58,417 nt of DNA. Source: a virus (Duplodnaviria > Caudoviricetes). Below the pieces are notes generated by a model. That model was given only the letters and a program-made list of their open reading frames with translations, was not told the DNA's origin and did no database searches. The stretch is taken from the IMG/VR virus record IMGVR_UViG_3300037408_000637, positions 1 to 58,417 of that record. One strand, given 5' to 3'. Position numbers and translations under genes: made by a program. Of this stretch, positions 26,597 to 36,279 are shown one piece after another. Numbering within the stretch: position 1 is the stretch's first letter; each line of letters begins with the position of its first letter.

Positions 26597-27310
26597 CTAG
26601 ATCGCAGGCAAACCCTGCAACCGCTGGATCATCTCGTTCCGCCAGCGCAACAGCGCGTCCCGCTCCGCCGTCATCGCCTCCAACCGCGCCGTGATCGCAT
26701 CGTGCTCCTGCATGACTCGCATCGCCGCCTCCATCCCCCGTCGCAAGTCGGCCAACGCGCCATCCATGCCCACGGGCGGGTCCGGCAACCGAAGCTGGAT
26801 ACCCCACTGGCTCGGATCCTCCGAATCGACCGCCGCCTCGACCCCCTCGTCACACGCCGAATCGTCCAGGCGCGGCACGGGCACCACGCCCAACTCCTGC
26901 GCGATGACATCGATCCACTCCTGCGTCCACCGAATCCGCTCGCCCAGGAGCATACTGACCCGCGAATTGGGCATATTCAGCGCGACCGCCAGCGAGTCTG
27001 TCGTATGCCCGCTGCGATGGTACGCTGCCCGCAACACCTGGGTGACGTGATGGTATCGGGGATAGTCGGCATCCTGCTGGATGGCCTCGATGTCCCGCGC
27101 GTAGCGACACCGCCCCACCCAGACCTCCGCCGTATCCGATAGGCCAAACCGCTCGTTCAGAACCCCCACCAGCGGCCGAATCGTCCCCACCTTGACCCCC
27201 TCCACGACCACCTGGTGATCCCGTAGCGCCGCCAAGAGCACCGGCCCGCTGTGCTCATAGTCAAAGCGCACCCCGCGTTGCACGCGATTCCTCTTGACCC
27301 TCTCCTCCAT
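26597..27310 (-). CDS. XRE-like HTH DNA-binding protein with coiled-coil tail
   Basis: TTDSLAVALNMPNSRVSMLLGE...IAQELGV; promoter TTGACA-N17-TAATTT at 27364-27392. Confidence 0.6.
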   Translation of the reverse strand: MEERVKRNRVQRGVRFDYEHSGPVLLAALRDHQVVVEGVKVGTIRPLVGVLNERFGLSDTAEVWVGRCRYARDIEAIQQDADYPRYHHVTQVLRAAYHRSGHTTDSLAVALNMPNSRVSMLLGERIRWTQEWIDVIAQELGVVPVPRLDDSACDEGVEAAVDSEDPSQWGIQLRLPDPPVGMDGALADLRRGMEAAMRVMQEHDAITARLEAMTAERDALLRWRNEMIQRLQGLPAI

Positions 27311-27435
27311 GGACGCCTCCTCTGAAACGCTGAATCGACCATCCTGGCCGCGATCTTGCCGCAAAATTACCAAGGCACTCGGGGTTTGTCAACGAGGGAA
27401 ACGGTGGTATTTACGCGAGGAATACGGATCATTCC

Positions 27436-27472
27436 CTGGCGTCCTCTGGCGTCCTCTGGCGTCCTCTGGCGT
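27436..27472. repeat. 10-bp tandem repeat CTGGCGTCCT x3.7
   Basis: Intergenic; read directly from the sequence. Confidence 0.85.
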
Positions 27473-27502
27473 GCGTTGATGCCCCTTGAATGATCCTGAA
27501 CG

Positions 27503-27841
27503 CTACGGGACGTCCTGGGACGTCACGAGACGCGAACCTGGGTTCGCCTCGCCGCCCAGCTCCTCCTCCCACCGTCGCAGGAAGGAATCCTCGCCGTCAT
27601 CCGAGGACACCAGCCAGTCCACTCGTTGCACCATGATCGCCGCCCGCCGACAGGTGGCTGCCGCCTCCCGGAACCGCGCAATCACCTCGGGGAGGAATCC
27701 ATACCCGCGCGGTTCGTCGGGATCGTAGCGGTAGCGCTCCTCGTCCGAGAGGAGCTTGTCGTTGTCCCGCACCAGGCGCTCGATCTCCTCGGCCACGTCG
27801 TCGAAAAGGTGTTGCTTGTATTGAAAATGCCCGCCGCTCAT
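27503..27841 (-). CDS. hypothetical phage protein
   Basis: MSGGHFQY...RVDWLVSSDDGEDSF; ATGA overlap with the upstream gene. Confidence 0.7.
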   Translation of the reverse strand: MSGGHFQYKQHLFDDVAEEIERLVRDNDKLLSDEERYRYDPDEPRGYGFLPEVIARFREAAATCRRAAIMVQRVDWLVSSDDGEDSFLRRWEEELGGEANPGSRLVTSQDVP

Positions 27842-28080
27842 GGCTCCTCCGCCAATCCCAGATCGATCATCTCATCCGCTATCCAGCTCCGCAGATCCTC
27901 CAGCTCGCGCTCGGCCTCGTCCCCCAGATTGCCATGCTTGAGCCGCTTGCGGATCCACTCCCCCGTAATGTCGGCCAACAGACCCCGCATCCCCCGCGCC
28001 TTGAGACACAGGGCCATGGTCTCCATCTCTTCGACGCCCGTCTCGGGATTGCTGAGATCGAACTCCAAGGTGCCGCGCAT
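27838..28080 (-). CDS. hypothetical protein
   Basis: GGAGG RBS before MRGTLEFDL. Confidence 0.65.
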   Translation of the reverse strand: MRGTLEFDLSNPETGVEEMETMALCLKARGMRGLLADITGEWIRKRLKHGNLGDEAERELEDLRSWIADEMIDLGLAEEP

Positions 28081-28088
28081 GGACCCTC

Positions 28089-28451
28089 CTATTTCGGAAT
28101 GCACGAGCGGCGCGTGTCAATCCACGACCGCGTGCCGTCATCGTTGGCCAACAGAACACGTACCGTACAGTGCTGCCCAGGGCGTGGCGGTTGTCGCACG
28201 GGACGGATCTCCGCCAAGAAGATCGATAGCCCCTGCGTCGTCGTCGGGGCGACCGGCAAATCCTCACCGTCACACTGGCACACGTCATTGACCACCGCCC
28301 GGCTCATGATCCACGGGCACCCGTAGACGTTCATGCCGAAGATGAACCCCACGCCGATCCCGATGCACAGCGTGCAGATCGTCGCCACGGTCAGCGCCGC
28401 CCCCACCCCGCCGACGTCCACCTGGACCCGTCCGCCCGGCCCCGTCGTCAT
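28089..28451 (-). CDS. hypothetical membrane protein
   Basis: Hydrophobic N-terminal helix. Confidence 0.55.
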   Translation of the reverse strand: MTTGPGGRVQVDVGGVGAALTVATICTLCIGIGVGFIFGMNVYGCPWIMSRAVVNDVCQCDGEDLPVAPTTTQGLSIFLAEIRPVRQPPRPGQHCTVRVLLANDDGTRSWIDTRRSCIPK

Positions 28452-28678
28452 GCTCCCTGCGTTCCCTTCTCCCCGTAGCCGGTCGGATTCCTGTCCGGAT
28501 CGGCCCCCTGCGTCCCCGGCTCCGGCGGATCGATCCCCCGCGTGGGCGTCAACGCCTTCATGGGCGTCATCCGGCGACGGCTCGCCACCAGCCGCTGCTT
28601 CCTGGCCACCTTCGACGCCACCGACCGCTGGGCCCGCCTCGCTTCCCGCTCCTGCTCCGTCTTCCTGCGTCCCATCAC
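28448..28678 (-). CDS. small basic protein
   Basis: Coupled ORF, R/K-rich. Confidence 0.5.
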   Translation of the reverse strand: MMGRRKTEQEREARRAQRSVASKVARKQRLVASRRRMTPMKALTPTRGIDPPEPGTQGADPDRNPTGYGEKGTQGA

Positions 28679-28860
28679 AACTCCTTGTTCGTGGCGCCCT
28701 CGCAGAGAATCACGAAGGCGCCGTTATCGTTCATCAACTCCAGGATCTCGCCAAAGGCCCGCAACTGCCAGTCGTGCTCCCCGCGCGAGATGTCCACAGA
28801 CACGGACACGTTCCACTCGGGATGCTCCATCAGCATTTCTGCTAGATCCTTCGCCCGCAT
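28675..28860 (-). CDS. hypothetical protein
   Basis: GGAGG RBS before MRAKDLAE. Confidence 0.55.
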   Translation of the reverse strand: MRAKDLAEMLMEHPEWNVSVSVDISRGEHDWQLRAFGEILELMNDNGAFVILCEGATNKEL

Positions 28861-28879
28861 TCCGCGCCTCCTTGCCCCG

Positions 28880-29236
28880 TCAGTCGGACGGGCCCTGGCA
28901 ACGCACCCCCGCCCCACTGCCGCCGATCACCTGGACCATGGCCACGCCCCGTGGGCTGTCATAGGTCACGAATTCATACCCCGCCACGCACCGCAACCAG
29001 ATCGAGGTCTTGTACTCTGGCTCCGTGTAATACCGCGTAAAATCGAGCATGTTGCCCTCCGTCTCCGTGTCCACATCGCTAGACTTAGCGAACGGCGAGG
29101 AGAACTCGCACCCCCGCACAAACCGCACCAGGCCCAGGACCAACAGGCCGCAGATGCACATGACGGTGAACAGGAGCCAGGCGCTGCCGAATGGCGACGA
29201 CGGCTTCTTGGCACTCCCCATGGATATGGTGCTCAT
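28880..29236 (-). CDS. hypothetical membrane protein
   Basis: Single N-terminal transmembrane segment. Confidence 0.55.
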   Translation of the reverse strand: MSTISMGSAKKPSSPFGSAWLLFTVMCICGLLVLGLVRFVRGCEFSSPFAKSSDVDTETEGNMLDFTRYYTEPEYKTSIWLRCVAGYEFVTYDSPRGVAMVQVIGGSGAGVRCQGPSD

Positions 29237-29241
29237 GTCCT

Positions 29242-29439
29242 CTACTCCTCAAATTCCGGGCACACGTTCGCAGGCGACCGCCACTCGTGCAGTTCGCGAT
29301 ACACCCCCGGCCCATGTTCCACATACGAGTTGACCACGCAGATCCCAAAGCCCCGCCGCTGTCCACTGAGCCGACGCGGCTCCGGCAGATCCAGCGGCTT
29401 CGTCCACCATCGACAGACCTCGCAACGCCTTTCCTTCAT
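29242..29439 (-). CDS. small Cys-rich protein
   Basis: MKERRCEVCRWW...GIC...CPEFEE; ATGA overlap. Confidence 0.55.
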   Translation of the reverse strand: MKERRCEVCRWWTKPLDLPEPRRLSGQRRGFGICVVNSYVEHGPGVYRELHEWRSPANVCPEFEE

Positions 29440-30191
29440 GGTCCAACCATCTGCTCCACCTGCGGGTACAGCCGCAGCGACTGCCCGTCCCGCGCCAACC
29501 GCACGCCCGGCACCTTGCCCGCCTCCAGCCAGTGCTTCAGCGAGCTGTTCGCGGTACTGTCCGTGCTGTAATGGTGCGTGATGCCGGGCCAGAGCTGCGC
29601 CCCGTCCGGCCCCTTGGCCCCGACAATCGCCTCGCGCAACGTACACCCCGGATGGTCGATCACGACCCTCTCCAGCGCCCTGCACGTCGCCTTGTACGGG
29701 CTCCAGCCGCCTCCACACGGGCTCCCCGCCGCCAGGTAGGTCCGCTGCTCCTCGCACAGCGCCAGCCGCAGGAACTTGGCCAGTCCCTGTCGGTTCAAGG
29801 ACGGCTTCACGCAGTTCGTCACCAGCTTGGCCCGGTCCTCGTCCGTCGCCGCCGGGCGATACAGCACGGTCGGATTGTGGACGCCGAACACGCCGATCCC
29901 CCAGGTGCCCACGGCCAGATTGATCACCGCATTGCCCGGCCAGCTCCGATAGGGCACCGCCACCGAGGCGTAGTGCGCGTACTGGCGCCACCACCGCGCC
30001 TGCTCAACGACCTCAGCATTCAAACGCACCTTGGCCTCCACCACCCACAATAGCGGCCCCCGCGTCGCCACGATGTCACAGGATCGCCCATCCCCGGCCT
30101 TCACCTCCTGGTACACGTCCCAGCCCGCCGCCTGCAACCAGGCCACGACCGGCTCCGCCACTTCCGTCTCATGGGTCGGCCACTTCGCCAT
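29436..30191 (-). CDS. PD-(D/E)xK endonuclease-like protein
   Basis: E...GWDVYQEV...CDIVA...VVEAK; start re-called to MAKWPTHE. Confidence 0.7.
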   Translation of the reverse strand: MAKWPTHETEVAEPVVAWLQAAGWDVYQEVKAGDGRSCDIVATRGPLLWVVEAKVRLNAEVVEQARWWRQYAHYASVAVPYRSWPGNAVINLAVGTWGIGVFGVHNPTVLYRPAATDEDRAKLVTNCVKPSLNRQGLAKFLRLALCEEQRTYLAAGSPCGGGWSPYKATCRALERVVIDHPGCTLREAIVGAKGPDGAQLWPGITHHYSTDSTANSSLKHWLEAGKVPGVRLARDGQSLRLYPQVEQMVGP

Positions 30192-30199
30192 GTCCACTC

Positions 30200-31399
30200 C
30201 TACAGCAACGCCAACTGGATCCCTGCCGCCGCGATCCGCCGCGCCGCCATCGCCGCGTACTCCGGGTTCAACTCGCACCCCACGAAGCGCCGATCCTGCC
30301 GCAAGGCCACGATCCCCGTCGTGCCGCTCCCCGTGAACGGATCGAACACGGTGCTCGGCACCGTCCCCGCATTGGCACACGCGCACGACTGCTTATACCC
30401 CGTGACCACCCGTCCCGCGAACGGTGCATCATGCCCCTTCCCTGCCATGCGTGCTGCCCGCGCCCGCGCCAACAGCCGTCGCCCGCTCGACTGCTGATCT
30501 TCCTCGTCCCACTTCCCATCGTAATCCACTAGCCCATCGCTCTCTCGTTCCTGGAATTCAGCGACATAGGGCGTTCCGCACGCCGCACAACACCCATGCA
30601 CGGGCGTCCCCGCCCGGATGCACAGCTCCGCCAGCGCGGATGGCATCGTCGCAAAGTGCGCCTCCGCACAGGGCTCCGACGCGAGCGTCCACACCGACCG
30701 CCTGTTGCGAAAGCCATCTGATTCCCTTCTCGCCAAACCACTGTTTCCATTCGTGTCCGCACAGGGATGCAAAGCTGGTCCGCGAATACGGTCACACGTC
30801 GAACCCTCCTTGACCGCATCCGCATCGAAAAAGTACCGCGCCCGCTTCGTCAGCAGGAACACGTACTCGTGCGCCTTCGTGCAGCGGTCATTCACGCTCT
30901 CCGGCATACAGTTGCGCTTGGCCCAGATGATGTCCTGCCGCAGATACCAGCCGTCCGCCCGCAGCGCAAAGGCCACCATCCACGGGATGCCGATCAAATC
31001 TTTTGGCTTGAGCCATGCTGGATCCTGCGGACGATAGTTCTCGTTCATCCGCCCGCTCTTGCTATCCTTTGCGTCTGGCGCCCGAGAAGTACGACCTCCG
31101 CTCGCGTAACTATCCCCCAAATTGACCCAGCAGGTGCCATCGTCCCGCAACACGCGGCGCACCTCGCGGAAGACCGCCACGAGCTTGGCCACATAGTCGT
31201 CCGGCGTCTCCTCTGCCCCCACCTCTAACGCCTTGTCCGCGTGTCCCGCTGGCAGATACGCCCGCAGCCCATAGTACGGCGGGCTCGTCACGCAGCACTG
31301 CACGCTCGCGTCCGGCAACGTCTGCAACCCCGCCAGCGCATCCCCCGTCCACAGCCGCGCCTCCGGGCGCACCTCGTTCCAACTGTCACGCACCATCAA
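30200..31399 (-). CDS. N4C/N6A DNA methyltransferase (beta class)
   Basis: VTSPPYY, DIIWAK.NCMPES, HFATMP, DPFTGSGTTG, GCELNPEY. Confidence 0.92.
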   Translation of the reverse strand: MMVRDSWNEVRPEARLWTGDALAGLQTLPDASVQCCVTSPPYYGLRAYLPAGHADKALEVGAEETPDDYVAKLVAVFREVRRVLRDDGTCWVNLGDSYASGGRTSRAPDAKDSKSGRMNENYRPQDPAWLKPKDLIGIPWMVAFALRADGWYLRQDIIWAKRNCMPESVNDRCTKAHEYVFLLTKRARYFFDADAVKEGSTCDRIRGPALHPCADTNGNSGLARRESDGFRNRRSVWTLASEPCAEAHFATMPSALAELCIRAGTPVHGCCAACGTPYVAEFQERESDGLVDYDGKWDEEDQQSSGRRLLARARAARMAGKGHDAPFAGRVVTGYKQSCACANAGTVPSTVFDPFTGSGTTGIVALRQDRRFVGCELNPEYAAMAARRIAAAGIQLALL

Positions 31400-31433
31400 G
31401 ACCTCCCGACGCCATCACTCATTGGCCCCTTCG

Positions 31434-31619
31434 TCACGACGGACGCCTCCTCGCGGGCTCGTACCGGTCGCACGCCTGGCTATTCGCATGGGCAGGCACC
31501 TCGAACGACGCTGCCGGATGTGCGCACCGCCCGTGCTTCGGCGGCCAGTCCACCTGCGTCCCCCGCCCCCGCTGGAAATGCAGACACGTCCGACAAGTGC
31601 TCTGATCCTCCGTCACCAT
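31434..31619 (-). CDS. small Cys-rich protein
   Basis: TCRTCLHF...GRC...ACDRY. Confidence 0.5.
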   Translation of the reverse strand: MVTEDQSTCRTCLHFQRGRGTQVDWPPKHGRCAHPAASFEVPAHANSQACDRYEPARRRPS

Positions 31620-31635
31620 CCCTGCGGCCCTTCCT

Positions 31636-32376
31636 CTACACGTTCAAACCCATCTGCGTGCCCGGCTGGAACGCGCTCGCGCACCCGCCCTCCGCCAACG
31701 GGCAGCGTCCGCACTCTGTGCGTCGAGGCTGGCATAGGGTCGCCCCGATGTCCAGCACCGCACAGACCGCCTCGTAGCCCGCCCACCACCGTTCCGGCGG
31801 ATGCACGTTCAGCGCGTTGGCCGCCCCGATCACCCGCGCGATCCACCGCGCCGCGTCCCCGTCCCGGTCGCACCGTCCCCCCACCCGCGCCACGTTGACG
31901 TCCACCGGCGCCGCATCCTGGCCATACAGGGTGGCCACCATGCCCGCCGTGTAGGGGCCGATCCCCTTGTGCGCCTGCAAGGCGATCCAGGAACACTGCC
32001 TCCCAGGTTCGATCATGAACGCCCCGACCAGCCGCGCCAGGCTGTCCATCGCCCAGAACTTCAACTGGGGATAGCCCAGGGGCGCCAGCCGCCGCCAGCG
32101 CTCCTGCATGTCGAGATCGATCCAGTCCGCCCCCTTCTGCACCCCCGCGAAGACCCGCTGGTAGTGCGCCGCCACCGTCGCCGCCGTGGTCTGCGCCAAC
32201 AGGCCCTCGACCATCACCACGCGCGCCCAGGGCTCCGCCGGATCCCGCCACGGCAACCGCCGGTCGCCCGCCCGCTCTCGATACCAACTCACCAGCCGGA
32301 TCGCCTGGTCCTGCGCCGCCTGCTGCTCGTCCCGCGCGACCGCCTCCCACAACGCCTGATCGCTAATCCGACGCAT
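31636..32376 (-). CDS. MutY-like HhH-GPD DNA glycosylase with 4Fe-4S motif
   Basis: RRLPWR, EGLLAQT, LGY, KGIGPYTA, PVDVNVARV, C-X6-C-X2-C-X6-C. Confidence 0.8.
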   Translation of the reverse strand: MRRISDQALWEAVARDEQQAAQDQAIRLVSWYRERAGDRRLPWRDPAEPWARVVMVEGLLAQTTAATVAAHYQRVFAGVQKGADWIDLDMQERWRRLAPLGYPQLKFWAMDSLARLVGAFMIEPGRQCSWIALQAHKGIGPYTAGMVATLYGQDAAPVDVNVARVGGRCDRDGDAARWIARVIGAANALNVHPPERWWAGYEAVCAVLDIGATLCQPRRTECGRCPLAEGGCASAFQPGTQMGLNV

Positions 32377-32585
32377 CGCCTACCTCGCCGCGAAAAGCGG
32401 GCCGGATACGGGCCTCAGCACGGCAGGACCAAACTCGAACCCGCCGCACCGCTTCGAACAACCCGCTGAATGCACCCACCGCTGCCACCCGCGCCATTGC
32501 AAGCCCGCAACGCCAAGTGCCGCCCGTCTCCGGTCCCAGAATACTTGCGCCCATGGCCACCACGGCCATGATCTCTACCGCCCCG

Positions 32586-32615
32586 TTTTTACCGCAATGC
32601 CCCCGCGTTTGTCAA
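32586..32615 (-). promoter_or_regulatory. TTGACAAAC-class promoter
   Basis: TTGACA-N18-TAAAAA. Confidence 0.5.
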
Positions 32616-32636
32616 CCCGCCTGGCGACTGCCCCCG

Positions 32637-33083
32637 CTACCGATTGCGCCCTTCGCGCTGGTCCGATATCCGCACGCCGATCCGCTCCCCAATCGCCGAC
32701 AACTGCGACTTCTGCTCGTTCAGCTTGTCGTCGATGACCTCGACCTTGGTCACGATCCGGTCCTGCTGGATCGATATCGCCTGGATGGTCGACTGCATGA
32801 TGCGCTGCTCGGATTCCAACTTGGTGCTGCGCTCCACCTCCGCCCGCAACGCCGCATCCTGGTCGTCCTGCCGCTGGGTCATGGTCTTCACGCTCACGAA
32901 CAGCGCCCCCGCCGTGAAGATGATCGGGATGACCCACATGATGATCCGCACCCAGGAGTCCTTGCTGATCATCGGCTCCGGCTGCCACTGCTGGTAGGTC
33001 GGCTGGTACGCAGGCATCTGCGGCAACGCCCGCACACCCGAGTAGTCATCCATCGGATTCAATGGCGTATGATCTCCCGGCAT
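32637..33083 (-). CDS. membrane protein with coiled coil (holin/antiholin-like topology, unproven)
   Basis: One transmembrane segment (WVRIIMWVIPIIFTAGALFV) followed by a heptad coiled coil. Confidence 0.55.
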   Translation of the reverse strand: MPGDHTPLNPMDDYSGVRALPQMPAYQPTYQQWQPEPMISKDSWVRIIMWVIPIIFTAGALFVSVKTMTQRQDDQDAALRAEVERSTKLESEQRIMQSTIQAISIQQDRIVTKVEVIDDKLNEQKSQLSAIGERIGVRISDQREGRNR

Positions 33084-33216
33084 GACCGCCTCCTCTATCG
33101 CAATGTTGATGGTCAACGGGGCATCTGGCAACCACGGTCACGCCGTGTTCATCCCCTTGGTTGTATCGGCAATCAGCCCCTAACGCAATAATGATCGGGG
33201 CATACGACGGGATCGG

Positions 33217-34062
33217 TCAGTGCGCGACGGCGCTCGGCGACGGGGCCTGGGCCACCGCCTCGTCCGCCTGGGCCACGTCCGCGAAGTGGTCCAGCGTGTC
33301 CGCCCCGTAGACCACCGTGAGGTGATCCCGCTCGTCGATGGCGATCAATTTCAGGCCCAGCGACGTCTCGATCTTGGCCAGGTACTCCTGCACCGTGCGG
33401 ATGCCGCTGTTGAGGGCGAGGTACTCCGTGGCCACGAGGTCCAACAGGTAGCCCTTCCGCTCCTCGGTCGTGTCGCAATCGGCCACCTTGGCCGCGCGCT
33501 CCAGCGCGTGCTCGATGTTCTGGCGCTGGGCCGGGTTGACCTTGAACTTGAGCGGCGGCTGCCGGGCACTGGTCGCGTCCGCGCCCTTGCCGTCGGGATC
33601 TTCGGCCGCCTCCAGGGCGTCCTGATGCAGCATCTCGTCCAGCCGCGCCGTCGTGCATTCCGTCCCGATCCGGGCCTTCCACTCCGCCGCGTTCTCCGCC
33701 GTGACGACCCCGACCAGCATGCGGGCCTTGCGCCACCCCAGCTTGCGGATCCAGGTCTGCACGTTCTTCGGGAGCTTGTAGAGCCACTCCTGGGTACGGA
33801 TCAGGAACTGCGCCTTGCGGATCGAGAAGTCCAGCTCCTTGGTCACGTAGTCCGTCCAGCCGACGAACCCCCACGCCTTGTAGTAGGCGCCGTTGAACAC
33901 CTGGATCAGCGTGTCCGCCAACGCCCAGGCATCGTCGTCGCTGCGATCACGTAAATCCAAAACTTGTTTGCGGATCTCGGCGTGATCGCACGCGCCCTCC
34001 TCTGCCGGTTGATCCTTTCCGAGCACGACGAGCCCTTGGTTTTCTTTCGCTACTCCCGTCAT
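33217..34062 (-). CDS. hypothetical DNA-binding-type protein
   Basis: YKAWGFVGWTDYV..ELDFSIRKAQFLI helical segment; strong codon bias. Confidence 0.65.
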   Translation of the reverse strand: MTGVAKENQGLVVLGKDQPAEEGACDHAEIRKQVLDLRDRSDDDAWALADTLIQVFNGAYYKAWGFVGWTDYVTKELDFSIRKAQFLIRTQEWLYKLPKNVQTWIRKLGWRKARMLVGVVTAENAAEWKARIGTECTTARLDEMLHQDALEAAEDPDGKGADATSARQPPLKFKVNPAQRQNIEHALERAAKVADCDTTEERKGYLLDLVATEYLALNSGIRTVQEYLAKIETSLGLKLIAIDERDHLTVVYGADTLDHFADVAQADEAVAQAPSPSAVAH

Positions 34063-34546
34063 CGTCACACCTCCGGCGCAACGCCTCCGCAATCACGTAG
34101 GCGTCCGCTATGTTATGGTCCTCGAAGACCAGCCCGCGCGTTCGCAGCAACGGGATGATCTGGTCCTTCTTAATGTTGCCCTTGCCCGTGACAAGCTTCC
34201 GCGCACTCGATACCACCACGACCCGGGGCACAATGCCGTGCGCCAACCAGAGCTGGGTCTTCACCACCCCGTTGATCTCGCCCAGGTCGGCCACCGCCCC
34301 ATGCTGGCGAAACGCATAGTGCTCCACGCCCGCCTCCCACTCGATCTCGCCCGTCCCGTTCACCTCGCCCACGAGGCCGATCACCCGCGAGGCGATGAAG
34401 AGGATGCGCTCGATCTTGTCGCGGGGGGTCGCCTTGCGGTCCAGTTCGTACCCGAACACCGCCTGCCGCACCACCGCGCCCGCCTCGTCCAGCACCACGA
34501 CGCCCGCCCCCGTCAGGGACAGGTCCAGGCCCATGTAGTACTTCAT
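33947..34546 (-). CDS. ruvC: RuvC-like Holliday junction resolvase
   Basis: MGLDLSLTGAG, VEHYAF, LGEINGVVK, HNIADAY; start re-called to 34546. Confidence 0.8.
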   Translation of the reverse strand: MKYYMGLDLSLTGAGVVVLDEAGAVVRQAVFGYELDRKATPRDKIERILFIASRVIGLVGEVNGTGEIEWEAGVEHYAFRQHGAVADLGEINGVVKTQLWLAHGIVPRVVVVSSARKLVTGKGNIKKDQIIPLLRTRGLVFEDHNIADAYVIAEALRRRCDDDGSSERKPRARRARKGSTGRGGRVRSRRDPQTSFGFT

Positions 34547-35436
34547 GCTCCCGCCTTCGCCAATGCGAAACAGACGTCCTTGCACGCGCACTTGCGCGCC
34601 CGGGGATCGCTCTTGATGCGGCACGTCGCCGACGGCTTCTCCGGCAACACCCCGCGCGCCCCGTTGACCGCCGCCAGGCACGCCTCCAGGCTCGCCCGCA
34701 GCCCGCCGATGACCTCTTCGCTCCGCTCCACGACGTGCTCCGCCATGCTCTCCCGCAGCGACCCGGCGCCCTTGCGCACGTAGACGATCCGCGCCCGGCT
34801 CAACCCGCTCATCCACATGTACGCCTGCACCTGCAAGATGTGCGCGGCCAGCGGCTTCCCGCCCGCCTGCGGAATCACGCCGCCGAACATCTCGTCCCGG
34901 ATCGACTTCAGCTCCAGCACCTCGTGCGGCGCGTCCGGCCACGCCAGCACCCCGTCCCACTTGCCGACCAGGCGCACCTCGGGAATCCGCCCCTTGGGCT
35001 CCCAGAACTCCCAGTAGTCGCCCTCGGGCTGCGGCCCCCAGCCGCGCTCCGTATACGGTCCCCGGGTGGCCCCCGCGACCGTCTCCAACACCCCGTTCAC
35101 CTCGCGCTTCCAACTGCCCTGGAAGACGCCTGCCAGCCCCGCTGGCAACATCTCGCCCTGGAAGGCATTGTGGTAGGCCGTGCCGACCGCGAAATTGAAC
35201 AGGGTCTCCGCATCCACGGCCTCCCGCAACCCCACATGGTTGTCCATGGCCATGGCGTACAGCCGGGGGCACAAGTTGTGGACATCCGACGCCGAGAACC
35301 AGACGTCCGCCTTGGCGGCATCGGCGATGTACGGTCGCCCCGGTCGCCGCGCCTGCGACACGAGGGCGTCCACCACGCGCGTCGAAATCTCACCCAGGAG
35401 CGGCTGCACAGCCGCCTGCATGACGTTGCCGATCAT
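34543..35436 (-). CDS. Cas4-like / PD-(D/E)xK exonuclease
   Basis: LCPR, GTAYH, GKWDG, ELKS, QVQAY and C-terminal Cys cluster. Confidence 0.8.
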   Translation of the reverse strand: MIGNVMQAAVQPLLGEISTRVVDALVSQARRPGRPYIADAAKADVWFSASDVHNLCPRLYAMAMDNHVGLREAVDAETLFNFAVGTAYHNAFQGEMLPAGLAGVFQGSWKREVNGVLETVAGATRGPYTERGWGPQPEGDYWEFWEPKGRIPEVRLVGKWDGVLAWPDAPHEVLELKSIRDEMFGGVIPQAGGKPLAAHILQVQAYMWMSGLSRARIVYVRKGAGSLRESMAEHVVERSEEVIGGLRASLEACLAAVNGARGVLPEKPSATCRIKSDPRARKCACKDVCFALAKAGA

Positions 35437-35480
35437 TGGTCACCTCCTGCCGCGTTCTTTACAACGACCGGACGTGTTCG

Positions 35481-35888
35481 TCAACCGACTTCGACGCGCT
35501 CGGTTTCAGGCTCCTGGCGCGGAGCCAGGGCCGAAATGTCCCGCTCCATCTCATCTAGTCGGAACTGTAGGCGGTACATCTTGGCTTCGGCGCTGAGGCC
35601 CGGATAGAGCACATTGCGGAAGTGCTGCTCCCAGGCGTGCGCGTTGGGGAATCCATCCATCTGGGCGTACTGATCCGTATGGATCATCTGATCCATGGTG
35701 ATCGGGCGGATCGACACGAGCACGCCCACCGCGAAGGGCACCTCCCCATCCTGGGGGGCCAGGTACTTCGAGGTGAACACGATCTGGCCGCCGACCTCGT
35801 GGGGACACCCGCTGGGGTATACCCGCGTCACGCTCATCGCCAGGCCCTCTTGGATCTGCTTGGTTTCATACCGAGTGCAACTGAACAT
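35481..35888 (-). CDS. ASCH/PUA-like domain protein
   Basis: T.R..., YAQMDGF...F...Y...YRLQF pattern; GGAGG RBS; palindrome directly upstream. Confidence 0.55.
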   Translation of the reverse strand: MFSCTRYETKQIQEGLAMSVTRVYPSGCPHEVGGQIVFTSKYLAPQDGEVPFAVGVLVSIRPITMDQMIHTDQYAQMDGFPNAHAWEQHFRNVLYPGLSAEAKMYRLQFRLDEMERDISALAPRQEPETERVEVG

Positions 35889-36018
35889 CTTGTCCCTCCG
35901 TTCAACACGCGAACCTGGGTTCGCGTCGCAACAACGGCCCATCCTACCCCGTCGCCGGGGCAAACGCCAGATCAACGTCGCAGATCCCAACCGAACACGC
36001 CGGATCGCGACCTCTCCG

Positions 36019-36279
36019 TCAGTCTTCCTCACCCAGCATCGCGTGCAGCATGTGGACGACATCGTTGTCGAGCCCGTAGTTGTCCTCGCACATGCCCCGA
36101 ATCGCCCGCAGCCGCTCTACGACATGCCCGGCGGTCTCTGCCGCATTCTCCGCCGCGTCGTTCTCGAACGCCTCCATGGCCGCCTCGTTCCGCATCACCG
36201 CCGCAGGCGGGTCGCCGTAGGCCGCCATGAATTCCCGGGCGAACACCGCCGCCCAGACCATCTTCTCGCCAGCCGTCAT
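36019..36279 (-). CDS. hypothetical protein
   Basis: GGAGG RBS before MTAGEKMVW. Confidence 0.55.
   Translation of the reverse strand: MTAGEKMVWAAVFAREFMAAYGDPPAAVMRNEAAMEAFENDAAENAAETAGHVVERLRAIRGMCEDNYGLDNDVVHMLHAMLGEED

Noticed and set aside
34543-35436. Cas4-like gene as evidence of a CRISPR-Cas locus
   Set aside because: Solo Cas4-like nucleases are common in phage recombination modules; it lies next to RuvC and 16 kb from the array
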